A stretch of DNA of 63,104 bases, the filler included, from Octopus bimaculoides (taxonomy: Eukaryota): NCBI RefSeq assembly GCF_001194135.2. It is 3 parts of 3 records of this genome, joined end to end, with 100 filler letters (N's around TTAATTAATTAA, not from the genome) between each part and the next. Parts side by side here need not be neighbours in the genome. Positions count along the whole stretch, not along the records: positions 1 to 29,199 come from NC_068993.1; 2 more parts are not named here. One strand, written 5' to 3'. How positions within the stretch are numbered: position 1 is the stretch's first letter; the number at the start of each line of letters is the position of its first letter. The position numbers and the translations under genes are program-made. Shown piece by piece: positions 12,358-25,859 of the stretch. The notes beneath the pieces were generated by a model that saw only the letters and a program-made list of their open reading frames with translations, made no database searches and was not told the origin of the DNA.

Positions 12358-13180
12358 TACAAGGGTGGGTTGAATAGTTCATATACTGACTAGGACGGAT
12401 TGAAGCTAGAACTTTGAAATTTTGTCTAGATTAATTTCAAATCACCTTATTAATAACAACATTATTTGTTTCTAATTAACTTGACATCTGACAGCGCAAA
12501 GATCTTTTCAAATGTAACCACTAGCAACATCTCTAGAAAATGGTCAATATCTGGATCATCATGTTATCAAGTATCTGCAGAAAAAGGGCTTAGCCCCCAA
12601 TGACATTCATACTGACATGATGGATACATTAAAAGACGATGCTCCAGCTTTATCAACAGTTCAAAATTGGGCAGCTGAATTTAGGAGGAGATGGGAAAGT
12701 CTTGAAAATGACCCATGGTCTTGGACGTCCTGCAACTGTTACCAACGAGAAAAAAACATTGATCATGTTCATCGCATGGTGATGAATTACAGGTGATTGA
12801 CTATAACTCAAATAGCTAATGCTACTAGCATATCACATGAGAGAATTGAGAATATTCTGCACAATCTACTTGGCAGAAATGATCACACCACCAATAGAGA
12901 GTACTATGCCAATTTGCTTGGACAGTTACGAAAGGCTATCATGACCAAAAACAAGAAAATTGATGAAAGGTGTCTTGTTTTATTAAGACAATGCTCCAGC
13001 ATAGAAGACCTTGGTTTCAATGGCTGCTGTGCGTGACTCTGGTTGATTTGAACTGGTTGATTACCCTCCCTATTCTCTTGATTTTGCTCCATCTGACTAT
13101 AATCCGATCTCCAACATGGGAAAACACTTGACTGGTAACCAGTATCGCAGTGATCCTGAAATCATATCTACTCTTACTAC
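12358..13180 (+). mobile_element. Mariner transposon, internally deleted pseudo-transposase
   Basis: HVIKYLQKKG...STVQNWAAEFRR..ESLENDP..GRP (HTH), then a deletion, then YYANLLGQLRKAI, DNAP and YPPYSLDFAPSDY (YSPDLAP-like). Terminus TACAAGGGT. Confidence 0.9.
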
Positions 13181-14228
13181 TACTCACTTTCGAAGAGTTG
13201 TTTGAACAGTCAAATGTAAACTTACCTGGTAATTTACAATACCAATACAGTTATTAATAAGAATAGTTGAAATTGAAGTATGCAAGATTTGACACCTCTA
13301 CCATCACTCTTTCATAGTTAGCTTATGAACTATTCAGTCAACCCTCATATGTGTTAATTTGCAGCTTGGATTTTGCTCAAGTTTGAGAATCAAAATTTAA
13401 TGATCGAATTCAAACAGGAGTTATTCTAACATTAATGATAGGAATGGTACTTTCGAATCTATATCTAATATTAATAATAGGAATAAATATTTCGTGAAGC
13501 ATTTGTGTGTACAGGAATTTAGCAACGTATCACTGAAATAGAGGTAAACCAAATTCCGAAGCGATAACATATAACTGTATATCAAACGTGCACATACAAA
13601 ATGGCGTGCGGAAAATAAACATATCAATGAATATAAATTGATATAATACAGAGCGGCTGGAAAGACTGGTAACAATGCTAGTCGCCAATCTTTCAATCCT
13701 GGCATTACGGTAATGTTTATATCCATCATCTACTGCATGCATATCTTTGATCATTTGCGCGCTCCATCTGCGAACATCATTATTATTACGTAATTCCGAG
13801 CCCCCATAAACAGGTGTCGAACCTGAAATGCCACGCCCTCTTTTCTTAACTTTCTGTATTTTTAAATGTTAATTTATGTTAATTTATGTTAATTTTTTAT
13901 CGTCCAATGTTAATTTATCCTGTAAATATATTAATATCAATATACCTATATACATTATTTTCAGTTTTGCTTCTCTCTGTCTCCCTCTCTCTCACCCTTA
14001 TATATATATTTATATTTACATGTGCACATATACGTATGTATATTTTGTATACCGTACCCAAGGGTGTTTATATGCATCACTGTTTCCATATCAGCTGACC
14101 TAGATTTCTCTTGTAGCTACTACTTATCCCATGGAATTAGTCCTCAATAAAGATTTCAGAGTGTAAGTGCACACAATTTGAGCACCACTACGTGTTTTTA
14201 TATTGCGCATCTCTGGATCTCACTTCTT

Positions 14229-14268
<40 letters not shown>

Positions 14269-14623
14269 NNNNNNNNNNNNNNNNNNNNNNNNNNNNNNNN
14301 NNNNNNNNNNNNNNNNNNNNNNNNNNNNNNNNNNNNNNNNNNNNNNNNNNNNNNNNNNNNNNNNNNNNNNNNNNNNNNNNNNNNNNNNNNNNNNNNNNNN
14401 NNNNNNNNNNNNNNNNNNNNNNNNNNNNNNNNNNNNNNNNNNNNNNNNNNNNNNNNNNNNNNNNNNNNNNNNNNNNNNNNNNNNNNNNNNNNNNNNNNNN
14501 NNNNNNNNNNNNNNNNNNNNNNNNNNNNNNNNNNNNNNNNNNNNNNNNNNNNNNNNNNNNNNNNNNNNNNNNNNNNNNNNNNNNNNNNNNNNNNNNNNNN
14601 NNNNNNNNNNNNNNNNNNNNNNN

Positions 14624-14657
<34 letters not shown>

Positions 14658-15529
14658 CATGTAATATTAAAACATTCATTTTTGATCTTTTTATTTTGAA
14701 TTTCTCATATTTCCGCACGATTCTTTACTGTGTGGTATGAAACAATAATGTTCCTATATTCATTAAAATGACACTTCGAAGTTTTCGTAATTTTATTTTA
14801 AAAATAAACTGTTGCAATGGCCTAATTATCCTACGCGTCCTGAGACAAGTCCCAAAGGACTTTGACAATATATCTATAACTGATAAAATCATTAATGCCA
14901 GGATTTAAAGCGGCGAATCGTAATATCATGATATATATTTTTACTATATTTCTACTATATTTCTACTATAGTAAATGTGTGTTTAATTCATGACTGAAAT
15001 TTGCTTTTCGTAGCCCTTCTGTGGTGACTGAAATAACGTATAATATCATTCTGCTTGTTCTTGTGGTCTTACCTGTTTTGTCCGCGTGGTAGGCCAATGG
15101 AATGTAGAAAGAGAAAGGGAAGAAAGGGAGACAATGAGGGAAACGGAAATAGAGGAAGAAGTGGGGAAAAATAATGAGAAAATACGAGAGAGAGAGAAGG
15201 TCAATTTTATTCTGCATTTGTGCATTCATATCACAGGCACAATCGAAATGTATGACATAAGGAAACAATGTCAAGATCTATAAATTTATGTATTAAAAGA
15301 TATATCAATACATAGTTAAATGAAAATGAAATAGCCATTATCATTAGAAAGCTGTGGATGTTACACTTTTATCTTTTACGTAACCGTCCTGGGGCTCCAC
15401 AATTATTAATTTTACTTTCTTTTTGTTATTAGGCTTAATTGGTTATCGGTTTTATGAAAGTAGGCAGGTACATACATCGGCAGAAGGAGAAGTTGATATG
15501 ATAGTCAATTAGTTAGACAAATACATAGC

Positions 15530-15700
15530 TACAGAGGAGACCCCCTTCGGTAATCAATGACCATGGTACTGCACCTAGGAAGTTACCCTCCGAGGCACAA
15601 GTCCGGGAAAGGTTGTTTATGGAAGGCCAACAATCGCCCATGCATACTGGTCTCCCCTCTCCGCACCACTGATGTTATCCAAGAGAATCGCAAAGCAGCA
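15530..15700 (-). mobile_element. RTE-type LINE/SINE 3' tail fragment
   Basis: Reverse complement ends ...ggacttgtgcctcggagggtaacttcctaggtgcag...ccgaagggggtctc, an RTE-like 3' end (recalled similarity). Confidence 0.45.
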
Positions 15701-15702
15701 CC

Positions 15703-15837
15703 GCCTTTCGTCGAGCAAATCGACCCCAAGACTTATTCTTTGTAAGCCTAGTACTTATTCTATCGGTCTCTTTTGCCAAACCGCTAGATTACGGGGACCT
15801 AAACACACCAGCATCGGTTGTCAGCCATGTTGGGGGA

Positions 15838-15845
<8 letters not shown>
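15703..15845 (-). mobile_element. SINE family B, 3' half
   Basis: Near-identical to 20270-20410 and 62950-63104. Confidence 0.8.
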
Positions 15846-15881
<36 letters not shown>

Positions 15882-16169
15882 CACACTTATNNNNNNNNNN
15901 NNNNNNNNNNNNNNNNNNNNNNNNNNNNNNNNNNNNNNNNNNNNNNNNNNNNNNNNNNNNNNNNNNNNNNNNNNNNNNNNNNNNNNNNNNNNNNNNNNNN
16001 NNNNNNNNNNNNNNNNNNNNNNNNNNNNNNNNNNNNNNNNNNNNNNNNNNNNNNNNNNNNNNNNNNNNNNNNNNNNNNNNNNNNNNNNNNNNNNNNNNNN
16101 NNNNNNNNNNNNNNNNNNNNNNNNNNNNNNNNNNNNNNNNNNNNNNNNNNNNNNNNNNNNNNNNNNNNN

Positions 16170-16243
<74 letters not shown>

Positions 16244-16698
16244 CTCCATGAATTAACGTTCAAAGTGCTGTAGAATTGTACCCACGGGTGTATCTTTCTG
16301 TATGACAACGTTGGACATTTGATTTAAAGGGATTATCCTTCTGAAAGGCTTCTTTACAATTTCCTCAACTCAGATTCATTAATAAAGATTGTGGTGACAT
16401 GAAGCTACGGTAAGAGTCTTTGTGCATGATTCCGGCAATTGGATTCAACGTAAAATCTCAAAGTTGGGAAGAGAAATTCTTATCACCATGCAATACTGCC
16501 TCACCAAGCATCATACACGAACACATACGTAGGTATATGAATGTGTATAGAAATATGTGCGCGCGAAGGCAAGCAAAAGTATTTATATCTTGATCTATTT
16601 ATTCATTTATGTATATGTATATGTGTGTGAGTGTGTGTGTGTGGACTTCCTTGTTTACTTATGGTCACTCCCCTTATATGTATATAAATATATATAAC

Positions 16699-16780
<82 letters not shown>

Positions 16781-16838
16781 GGATAATAATATATATATAT
16801 ATACATATACATGTGTGTGTGTGTTTGTGCGTGCGTGA

Positions 16839-17135
16839 GCGCAGGTATGGTACCTTGGGCAAGTGTCGTCTAGCCCCGATTTGGTAGACAGGAAACTGAA
16901 AAAAGCCCGTAGATACATATATCTACGTGCGTGTCCTTGTATTTGAGTTTGTCTTCCACAACCGCTTGACAGCCAGTGTTTGTTTGTTGACATCCATGTC
17001 ATTTAGCAGTGCGGCAAGAGAGAGCGATATCATAAGCACCCACTTGAAAAAAAGTGCTGGTGTTGACTTGTTTGACCTTTAATGTGATGCCCCAGCACGG
17101 CCTTAGCAGAATGACTGAAACAACAGTTAAAAAGG
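16839..17135 (+). mobile_element. SINE family B, diverged and internally deleted
   Basis: ccttgggcaagtgtc, gatttggtagac.gaaactgaa and ccccagcacggc...tgactgaaac blocks shared with 20221-20623. Confidence 0.7.
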
Positions 17136-17224
17136 TATAAAGGTGATATACATACCTACATAGATACATACATACATACATACATACATACATACATACA
17201 TACACACACATAAAAAATACCATG

Positions 17225-18115
17225 CATGGGTTTGTTACCCAGAAGCTTGAAGAAGACAGTAGGATTGACACGAAGCGCAGCCTTTCTTAAACACAAGACC
17301 ACCTACATCTCATCACGCTTTGAAGACTATGTGTTTGCAATCGAGGAACAGGAAGTTGCCACAAAGTACCTGTTCAACAAAGGAGACAGTGATGCTCTTG
17401 TAATCCCAAGTTGCAACTGCAGGTATAGGCTATGTCATGTTTCTGTGGAAGACATCACGCATGTGATTAGCAGCACTCCTAAAATGTCATCACGGTACTA
17501 CCTCCCTGTGTGGCACGATGTCGTTAAAATAATTTGCAATGCCATCTGCAAAAAAAGACTGTCCTGAAATAAACTTAGAAAATCCCTCTGTTATGGAATA
17601 CATTCATAAACACCAACTCAAGGAATATTGGTGGAATATTCCCATCAAAACTTCTCTCGAATTTAAACATAACAGGTTGGATATTGTTGTTTGAGACAGC
17701 GGGGCAAAGGTATGTACCGTCATAGAGGTCAGCTGTCCTGCAGATATAAACATCTCTATGAAACTCAAACTCAAAGAAAAAGAGGATATCCATGGACAAC
17801 TGCTTCGAAACATCTCTCTTCTATATCCAGACTATGAATTCATATTCATACCAATAAACATTGGAGCACTAGGTTTCGATAGTAATGCTTAAAGGAGAAT
17901 CTGGATAATCTAGGATTTTCAGAAAGAGAAAATTCGTATATTACAAGTGCAATCTGTGAGTGGAACAGTAAAAATATGCAAGACTTTTCTTAAGTTCCAA
18001 ATGTGATTTGTCTCTGTTAACTTCATCCCAAAGATGGAGCCTTGTATCTTTGTTGGAAACCGGCTCCCTCCACAGTGGAAGATTTATAATAATTAAAAAA
18101 ATAGAAGAGACATAC
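17225..18115 (+). mobile_element. RLE-type LINE 3' end, subfamily X
   Basis: FAIEEQEVATKYL, CRYRLCHVSVEDITHVIS, YWWNIPIKT..KHNRLDIVV, IEVSCPAD, GTVKICKTFLKFQM*, followed by a 3' UTR. Confidence 0.85.
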
Positions 18116-18116
18116 T

Positions 18117-18388
18117 AAGCTAATTCGAAGATTACAGATCTAATCCATCACTGGAACTGTAAAAATCTGTAAAACTCACCAGAAGTTTATCATTTAAATA
18201 TATATGTCTAGATATGCAACTATATTCATGAGAATATATATAAAACAGAACATACAAATCTGCACATATACATACATAGAATGAAAAATACCCTGTTGTG
18301 GTTGAAATTCCAATGAAGGAGCCTTGGATCTAGGTTAGAAACCGGCTCTTTCTCCATTGGCAAGAGATCTTGAAATAAAACTGAACAA

Positions 18389-18390
<2 letters not shown>
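18117..18390 (+). mobile_element. RLE-type LINE extreme 3' end, subfamily Y, followed by (CA)n
   Basis: Matches 22615-22760, 23600-23705 and 62660-62745. Confidence 0.8.
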
Positions 18391-18463
<73 letters not shown>

Positions 18464-18614
18464 CATAACATATATATGCATATATACGACTACAACACGC
18501 GTGTAATTGAGAATGTACAATACATTTGTAGACAATAATTTTATTTGAAATAATAAAGTTGTATATTGCCCAGACTTACACACACACACGCACACACACA
18601 CACACGCACACACA

Positions 18615-18662
<48 letters not shown>

Positions 18663-19226
18663 CATGTAGTGCAGGAGTCAGTAGAAAAGCGAAATATTCA
18701 GCTGTTCATTTATTTATTTGTTGAAAAGAATTTATGAAATGGATATTTAGATTCCATATGTGACCGGCTTCCTTAGTTTGTATTTTGACTAACCAATGTT
18801 GTAACGTAAGACATCAGGCGATGCTCAACTAACAATAGAATAAGTTCTTCCTTCTAGCAGTAGTGACATTCCCAGTTAACCATTTGACATTAAGGTTCTC
18901 TGGACATCATCATGTTTCCCAGTACAGCCGTCATTTCTTGCAATCTGTATAGAAGTCACGAAGCACAAATAATGGCTAGCAGTGTCGACAAGATTTAGCT
19001 TAGTTATGATTCTGCAATAAAATGACTGGCAGCAAATGAAGATGCTACCTGCATGTTAATTTCTATGTTTACGAATATTGTTGCTGTAGTTGCAGTGGTC
19101 AGGGTGTTTGTTTGTTGCATACTGGCATATATAGACATAAATGCGGTTCAACAAACTTATATATACATTTAATTTATAGATCAATACAGTCCGTAAACAA
19201 TTCTAACGTATGTACATCCATGCTTC

Positions 19227-19279
<53 letters not shown>

Positions 19280-19280
19280 A

Positions 19281-19317
<37 letters not shown>

Positions 19318-19914
19318 GCACACACACACACACAAACAAGCACACCCAACTCGTTATATGTGTATGTGTATGCGTGTGCGCATGTGTGAGTGAGTAATTT
19401 TGTATGTGTTTGCATGTATATATGTATGTATGTATGTATACACACATATACATGCACATACACACAGACACACACACATATATGTATATACATACATTTA
19501 TATTTATATACACTCACACATACATGAATACAACATATGGAAACGACCATGCGAGAGAGTTGTCAAAATATTTGTCATTACACTTATATTCACGTTCTGG
19601 TTCATACACACACTTAGGCATGCATATATATATATATACACACTGATGTATACAATACACACATGTACACATATTTACAGGGTTGCACACGCATAATCAT
19701 AAATTAGTGAAGCAAAAATAAAAAAGCCACTGACAGGACTCGAAAGACGCATTGATTTCTGGCCAAGGGGCTGTGTTATTCAAAAAAGAAAAAAGTGAAT
19801 TTGTATATGTTTGCTTTCAGGAATTAAATAGATTAATAAGATGATAATATTTCGGGTTATAAACTTCGACTAGTCAAGTGAATTATTTTTTAACATTTTC
19901 ATCAGCATTCCAGT

Positions 19915-20100
19915 CGGCGAGCTGGCTGAGTCGTTAGCAGGCCGGGCAAAATGCTTAACGGCATTTCGTCCGTCGTAAGTTCTTTTCAAATTCTTCCGAG
20001 GTCAACTTTAGCTTTCTTCCTTTCAGTGTCAATAAAATAAGTACCATTTGAGTACTGTACACATGTTTTGCTGGCCTTGTGCCAAACTTTGGAATCAATA
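19915..20100 (+). mobile_element. SINE family A
   Basis: ggcgagctggctgagtcgttagc head and gctggccttgtgcc tail. Confidence 0.75.
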
Positions 20101-20220
20101 TTTCCTCTGCATTTATATTTTTCTTTCATATTTAATTTTTACATTATATTACGATCAACTCCTGCAATAATATCACGTATGATGTTATTGCAAGAGCTGA
20201 TAGTACTAAATTATTTTATT

Positions 20221-20623
20221 CTTTTACTCTTTTACTTGCTTCAGTCATTTGATTGCGGCCATGCTGGAGCACTGCCTTTACTCCAACAAATGGACCCTAG
20301 GACTTATTCTTTGTAAGCCTAGTACTTATTCTATCGGTATCTTTTGCCGAACCGCTAAGTTACGGGACGTAAACACACCAGCATCGGTTGTCAAGCGATG
20401 TTGGGGGTGGACAATCACAGACACACAAACACGCATATATGTATACATATACATATATACGACGGGCTTGTTTTAGTTTTCGTCTACCGAATCCACTCAC
20501 AAGGCTTTGGTCGGCCCGAGGCTATAGTAGAAGACACTTGACCAAGGTGCCACGCAGTGGGACTGAACCCGGAACCATGTGGTTCGTAAGCAAGCTACTT
20601 ACCACACAGCCACTCCTGCGCCT
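20221..20623 (-). mobile_element. SINE family B, full length (tRNA-like head, central TA/TG microsatellite, CR1-like tail)
   Basis: Reverse complement starts ggcgcaggagtggctgtgtggtaag (A-box-like), has gggttcagtccc (B-box-like) and ends ccagcatggccgcaatcaaatgactgaagcaagtaaaagagtaaaag. Confidence 0.9.
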
Positions 20624-21785
20624 ATTTATTAAATAATGGTAGTAACCTTTTTATCCACTTTTCCAGAGTCTCATGTAAGTGAATAAATGTTCATTTCCTC
20701 TTTCAGTGAACTCGTAAATCTCCAAATAGTTAATTTCACCTTTGCCAATAATTCCTCCAACACTAAGCGCAAACAAATCGAGTCACAATAGAGATAAGTG
20801 CTATGTCTTCATTCGATGTGTCTGAAAGAAATTCAAGCTCAGTGTGGTGCAATGGATAATGTCTTGTACGACATATGCATATTTTATGTCATGTCATTGT
20901 GGTTAATTTTGATTTCGGCATTAAATTAGTGTTGTGGTAGGTAACATTTATAAATTTCTAAGCAAATACAGGGAAATCTTAACACTAGTCAGGTCACAGA
21001 AGTGCGAACAAGCATTATCGCAAATTTATAATATAATGCAAGAAATAAGCATAAATTGAATAAAGTTTTGCTTGTTTTTATATAGCTAAAATGACGGTAC
21101 CGCGATGTAAATGTCTCAATTTAAAAAAGCCATCTCAGATCGAATCCCTTGCCAGCGATCAAGAACACAGAGAGAATATAAGTAGCAAAAATGTAGAGCA
21201 GACAGGAGGGAAACGTTTTTGATGAATGTATTGTTTTAATGATTAAATGGAAGGGAAAGTATCTCACTGTTTCGGGCACTAGTTCATCAGAAGAAAGACA
21301 GAATGAAAATGGGAGGCTGAAACAACAACAAAAAAATAAAGAAAAAAGGACGGTTTGCAAATCTATTTGTGGAATTAGGAAGGGATGTGGTATAAGAGTA
21401 TGCGTATGTATGATATGGTGGAAAAGAATAATTGCTTTCATTTTAAGAGCTACTGACAACGTAATGCGCCACCAAAGCATCTAGATATCCCAAGTGATAC
21501 GTTGAAGTGAATAATCAATGACTTGATGTTTGTTTGATTTCCATATATATACTTTCAGTGAATATATATCTCGCCTCGAAGAACCAGAATTATACTGTAG
21601 CAATCAGTGTTCTAATTATACTCCTTTTCAATGTACTTCCGTACCCAACTTATGTTCCTGTGGGCGAGCAGCCTGGTTGTTTTACCATTATCGTTCGAAG
21701 AGTTATTATTTCTCAGTGATATACATACATACATGCGTAATACATACATACATACATACGTACATGCATACATACATACATACAT

Positions 21786-22760
21786 GCTCCTTGAGCAACA
21801 CTATTTGTCTAATAACCTAGAATACATGCCTAAAGAGGCATGACTCTATCGTAACGTATCATCAGATGAAAGGATGACCCTATATGAGCAGAAGACTATG
21901 CATGGATATGTTAGTAGAAAGCTCCGTGGTGATAGTAACATCGATCATCAAAGCAGTTTATCACGGAACGATAGCCGGATTACTACCTCCTACTTTGAAG
22001 AGTATGCGTTTGCAATCTAGGAACAGCAAATATCAACCAAGGACCTGATGCACAAAAGGGATAGACATGCAGGAAATGCAATAAAATGTAACAACCGATG
22101 CAGACGTTGAGACGTTCACACTGAAGATATCATCAGCATCATAGGCAGTTGTCCGAAGATGTCATCACGGTATTATCTACAGACGAGACATGATGTTGTA
22201 GCTGGGACACTCTATAAGGAAATCTGTCGTGAGAATAATCCCGAGAACAAAGAGATAAGAGCGGACAATATGGTAGAAACTATAACCATTCATAATAAAA
22301 AGGAATACTTTGGGAATGTACCAGTGAAGACCTCAATAAAATATAAGCACAACAGACTTGAAATAATGATTTCGGATAGAGAAGATAAACTGTGCACAGT
22401 TGTGGAAATTAGGTGCGCAGCGGATGTTAACATAAAGCTGAAGATCAGTGAAAAAGAGAACACCTATGCTGAACTATTGAGAAATCTGCGGTTACTCTAT
22501 CCAGATTACAAGTTCAGGTTTATACCTGTAATTATTGGAGCCCTGAGATATGTAACACACTGCCTCAATACCAATCTTGAGAAATTAGGCTTCTCAAAAC
22601 CAGAAAGGAGAAAGCTAATTCGAGGACTATATATCCAGTTCATCACTGGAACTGTAACAATCTGAAATACTTTCCAGAAGTTTATCATTTAAATATATAT
22701 GAGCAGGTCTAGATATGCAATTATGTGGCTGAGAATACATACATAAAACATACAAATCTC
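21786..22760 (+). mobile_element. RLE-type LINE 3' portion, subfamily Y
   Basis: ORF 22159..22665: RHDVVA...KHNRLEIMI...VVEIRCAADVN..KENTYAELLRNL...FIPVIIGAL (PD-(D/E)xK endonuclease region); knuckle remnant upstream. Confidence 0.85.
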
Positions 22761-23106
22761 CACATACATACATACATACATACATAGATACATACATACA
22801 TACATACATGCATACATACATACATACATAATACATACATACATACGTACATACATACATACATACNNNNNNNNNNNNNNNNNNNNNNNNNNNNNNNNNN
22901 NNNNNNNNNNNNNNNNNNNNNNNNNNNNNNNNNNNNNNNNNNNNNNNNNNNNNNNNNNNNNNNNNNNNNNNNNNNNNNNNNNNNNNNNNNNNNNNNNNNN
23001 NNNNNNNNNNNNNNNNNNNNNNNNNNNNNNNNNNNNNNNNNNNNNNNNNNNNNNNNNNNNNNNNNNNNNNNNNNNNNNNNNNNNNNNNNNNNNNNNNNNN
23101 NNNNNN

Positions 23107-23169
<63 letters not shown>

Positions 23170-23504
23170 GCAATTGACTCTCTACTTTATCCGTTCTTAA
23201 TTCATACACTAACAGCTCGTGATGTGAACAACTACTATGTCTTTCCTGGTGAAAGAAGTAAAATTTCTTCCTTCAAAAGCAGCCAAAACATGAGGCAAAT
23301 AGTAATAAATATTATCTTCATGCGTTATATCATAGCATATAATTTCTGGCCCTGTACCATAAGATAACGTAAAGAAGCAATATGTACGCTTGTTGTCTAC
23401 GTTGATGGATTATTTCACTGTCTGCTGTATGTGGTTCTATTAGACAAATCGGTGGCTCCAACACGTTAATGTACTAAGATTCTTCATGAATCCTTTTAAC
23501 TGAA

Positions 23505-23548
<44 letters not shown>

Positions 23549-23599
23549 NNNNNNNNNNATACATACATAATACATACATACATACGTACATACATACAT

Positions 23600-23705
23600 A
23601 CATACATATCCAGTTATCGATGTTGAAATTCCAATGAAGGAGCCTTGGATCTTTGTTAGAAACCGGTTCTTTCTCTGTTGGCAAGAAATCTAGAAATGAA
23701 CATAC
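23600..23705 (+). mobile_element. RLE subfamily Y 3' UTR fragment
   Basis: gttgaaattccaatgaaggagccttggatct...agaaaccgg matches 18301-18390. Confidence 0.7.
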
Positions 23706-25034
23706 ATACACACACACACGCACGCAAACACACACACACACACACACNNNNNNNNNNNNNNNNNNNNNNNNNNNNNNNNNNNNNNNNNNNNNNNNNNNNN
23801 NNNNNNNNNNNNNNNNNNNNNNNNNNNNNNNNNNNNNNNNNNNNNNNTATCTATCTATAAATATATATTTAAATTAAATGATAATTTTCAATTTTCTTCA
23901 TTGCTTCCATGATAGGAGATTCCCGTTCCTTGTCCCTTTTCTCTACGTACCTGATGATAAGAAGATATCTCTTTTATTTTATATTTTTACTTGCTTTTGT
24001 TTCACTTTGGGTTTATTCGATTTTGATTTGGGTTTTTGGCCTTCATATCGCAGCTATACCAATGAAACCTAGTCCTATAGCTCTGGATTACATGTGATCT
24101 TAGCTTTACTATTACCTTCCCTATCACAGTTTATTTAAATCATACTTATTCATTTTAATTATTTCTGTTAACTGTTTAATACTTACATGAATTCGTGGTA
24201 ATTAATTAGATAGTTACTGCTGCTTCAGACTTACAATAATTAGCAATACCATAACTGCCTTTTGGTTTGTATATATTCACAAACACTTGCCCCTCACATA
24301 GTTTCCAAAAATATAACAGTAAACGCCGAAAGCATGCCACTGACCACAAAGAAGTTTTGGGGTATAACATGTCTTTACTGGATGTCAAACCTATTCACTC
24401 GTGGTAAGAGAGAACAAAAGCCTAATGTTGATGGCTAAACCAGGGGACCTGGTTCTGCACAGATGCTACTCTAACCACTTTACACCATCTTTCTTTTCAT
24501 TTCTTTTCTTTTAGCAGTTGATTTGTTTTGGTTGTGACAAAGAGATATGGTGAGAGTTGTTCTCTAAATTTTCAGCGATCAATCGATCGATTGATAAAAT
24601 TTAACCATGAACGTCCTCAAATACAGACCAACAATTTTCATTCTGGGTATTAAATTATTAATGGTGTTGTATGCGTTGTATGTAAAGTCGTTGACCCAAA
24701 TTTAATGTTTGTTCTATAACCAATGCTTCTTTATCTTTGTCTCATATTTGAGCACTTATTTTGCAGTCTTGTAAACCCTTTTGTTTCTATTAGAAGAGAC
24801 AAATATTATTTCTTGTTGTGTATATATATATATATATATATATATACATACATACATACATACATACATGTATGAATATCAAACCATCTATCTATCTGTA
24901 TGTGTTTGTGTGTAAATGTGTGTGTGTGTGTGTGTGTGTTCGTGCGTGCGTCTTCGTGTGTGTGTGTCTGAAATGAATATATCAATACCTATCTTTTACC
25001 TTTTAACTGCTTCTGCCATGGGACGACAGTCAAG

Positions 25035-25345
25035 CAGGGTTACCACCTTGAAGTATTTTAGTTGAATACGATGACTCCATTTCTGACTTTTTAAAAGTCT
25101 GGTTATAATTCTACCAATTTGTATAGCCGAACCGCTAGTTACTTGGACGTAAACAAACCGACATTTGTTGTCTAACAGCAGTGGCGGGACAAACACAAAC
25201 ACACGCATTAGTATTTATATACACGGCGAGATTTCATTTTCCTCTATCAAATCCACTCACAAGTCTATGGTTGGCCGGAAGCTAGACTGGAAGACACGCA
25301 AAGTACCATGCAGTCGGAGTGAATGCGAACCGTGTGATTGGGAAC
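25035..25345 (-). mobile_element. SINE family B, diverged
   Basis: gccgaaccgctagttac, aatccactcacaag and ggaagacac blocks shared with 20221-20623. Confidence 0.7.
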
Positions 25346-25859
25346 TAAGCTTCTTTCCTTAAAACCAGCGTGCATATAATCTTATATTGCATTATTACCT
25401 GTATACAGATTCTTATTATAAAATAATGTATAATAACTGTACAAGTCCTACACGTATATATTTTACCCACTTATACTCATTAAAAATACAATACGTAGGT
25501 CGAAAATACTCCGCAGGAGGGGCAAATCTAGAAACACTCTGTGTGATTAGTAATTTCTTAGTTATAATTCAAACATATATTTTATCTCATAATTATATTT
25601 CTTAAAAGGAGAAATTTGGTGTTAATAATTTCTGCTTGACGTTTGAAAATTGCGTTCCAGTGATGCTAAAGAAGACACGATAGGCATGATCAAACAAGAA
25701 AATGTGCTTATACGGCGATATTAGTAATTGCATCATTTGCAGTTTGAAAATAACAGCGAGTAGATGGTTCATATGTAGAAGGGAGAGTGTGAGAGAAAAG
25801 AAAGAAACACAGTGGCTCACCAATTTGGGGTCACATATACAGTTTTAGAACAAGTGTTT

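Noticed and set aside
18310-18360. SECIS-like look (ATGA...AAA) of the RLE 3' hairpin
   Set aside because: Lacks the 3' GA needed for the non-Watson-Crick quartet; better explained as a LINE 3' stem-loop.
21265-21316. Minus-strand CTGATGA...CCCGAAAC (HHR-like), also a 49-nt AG/GT-bounded segment
   Set aside because: Helices I-III do not form; the exon reading (LPFSFCLSSDELVPET) has no support beyond the splice dinucleotides.
24206-24400. CGQWHAFGVYCYIF resembling a C-type lectin start; splice-like sites on both strands
   Set aside because: The frame stops soon after and no downstream lectin motifs (WIG, further Cys) are present.
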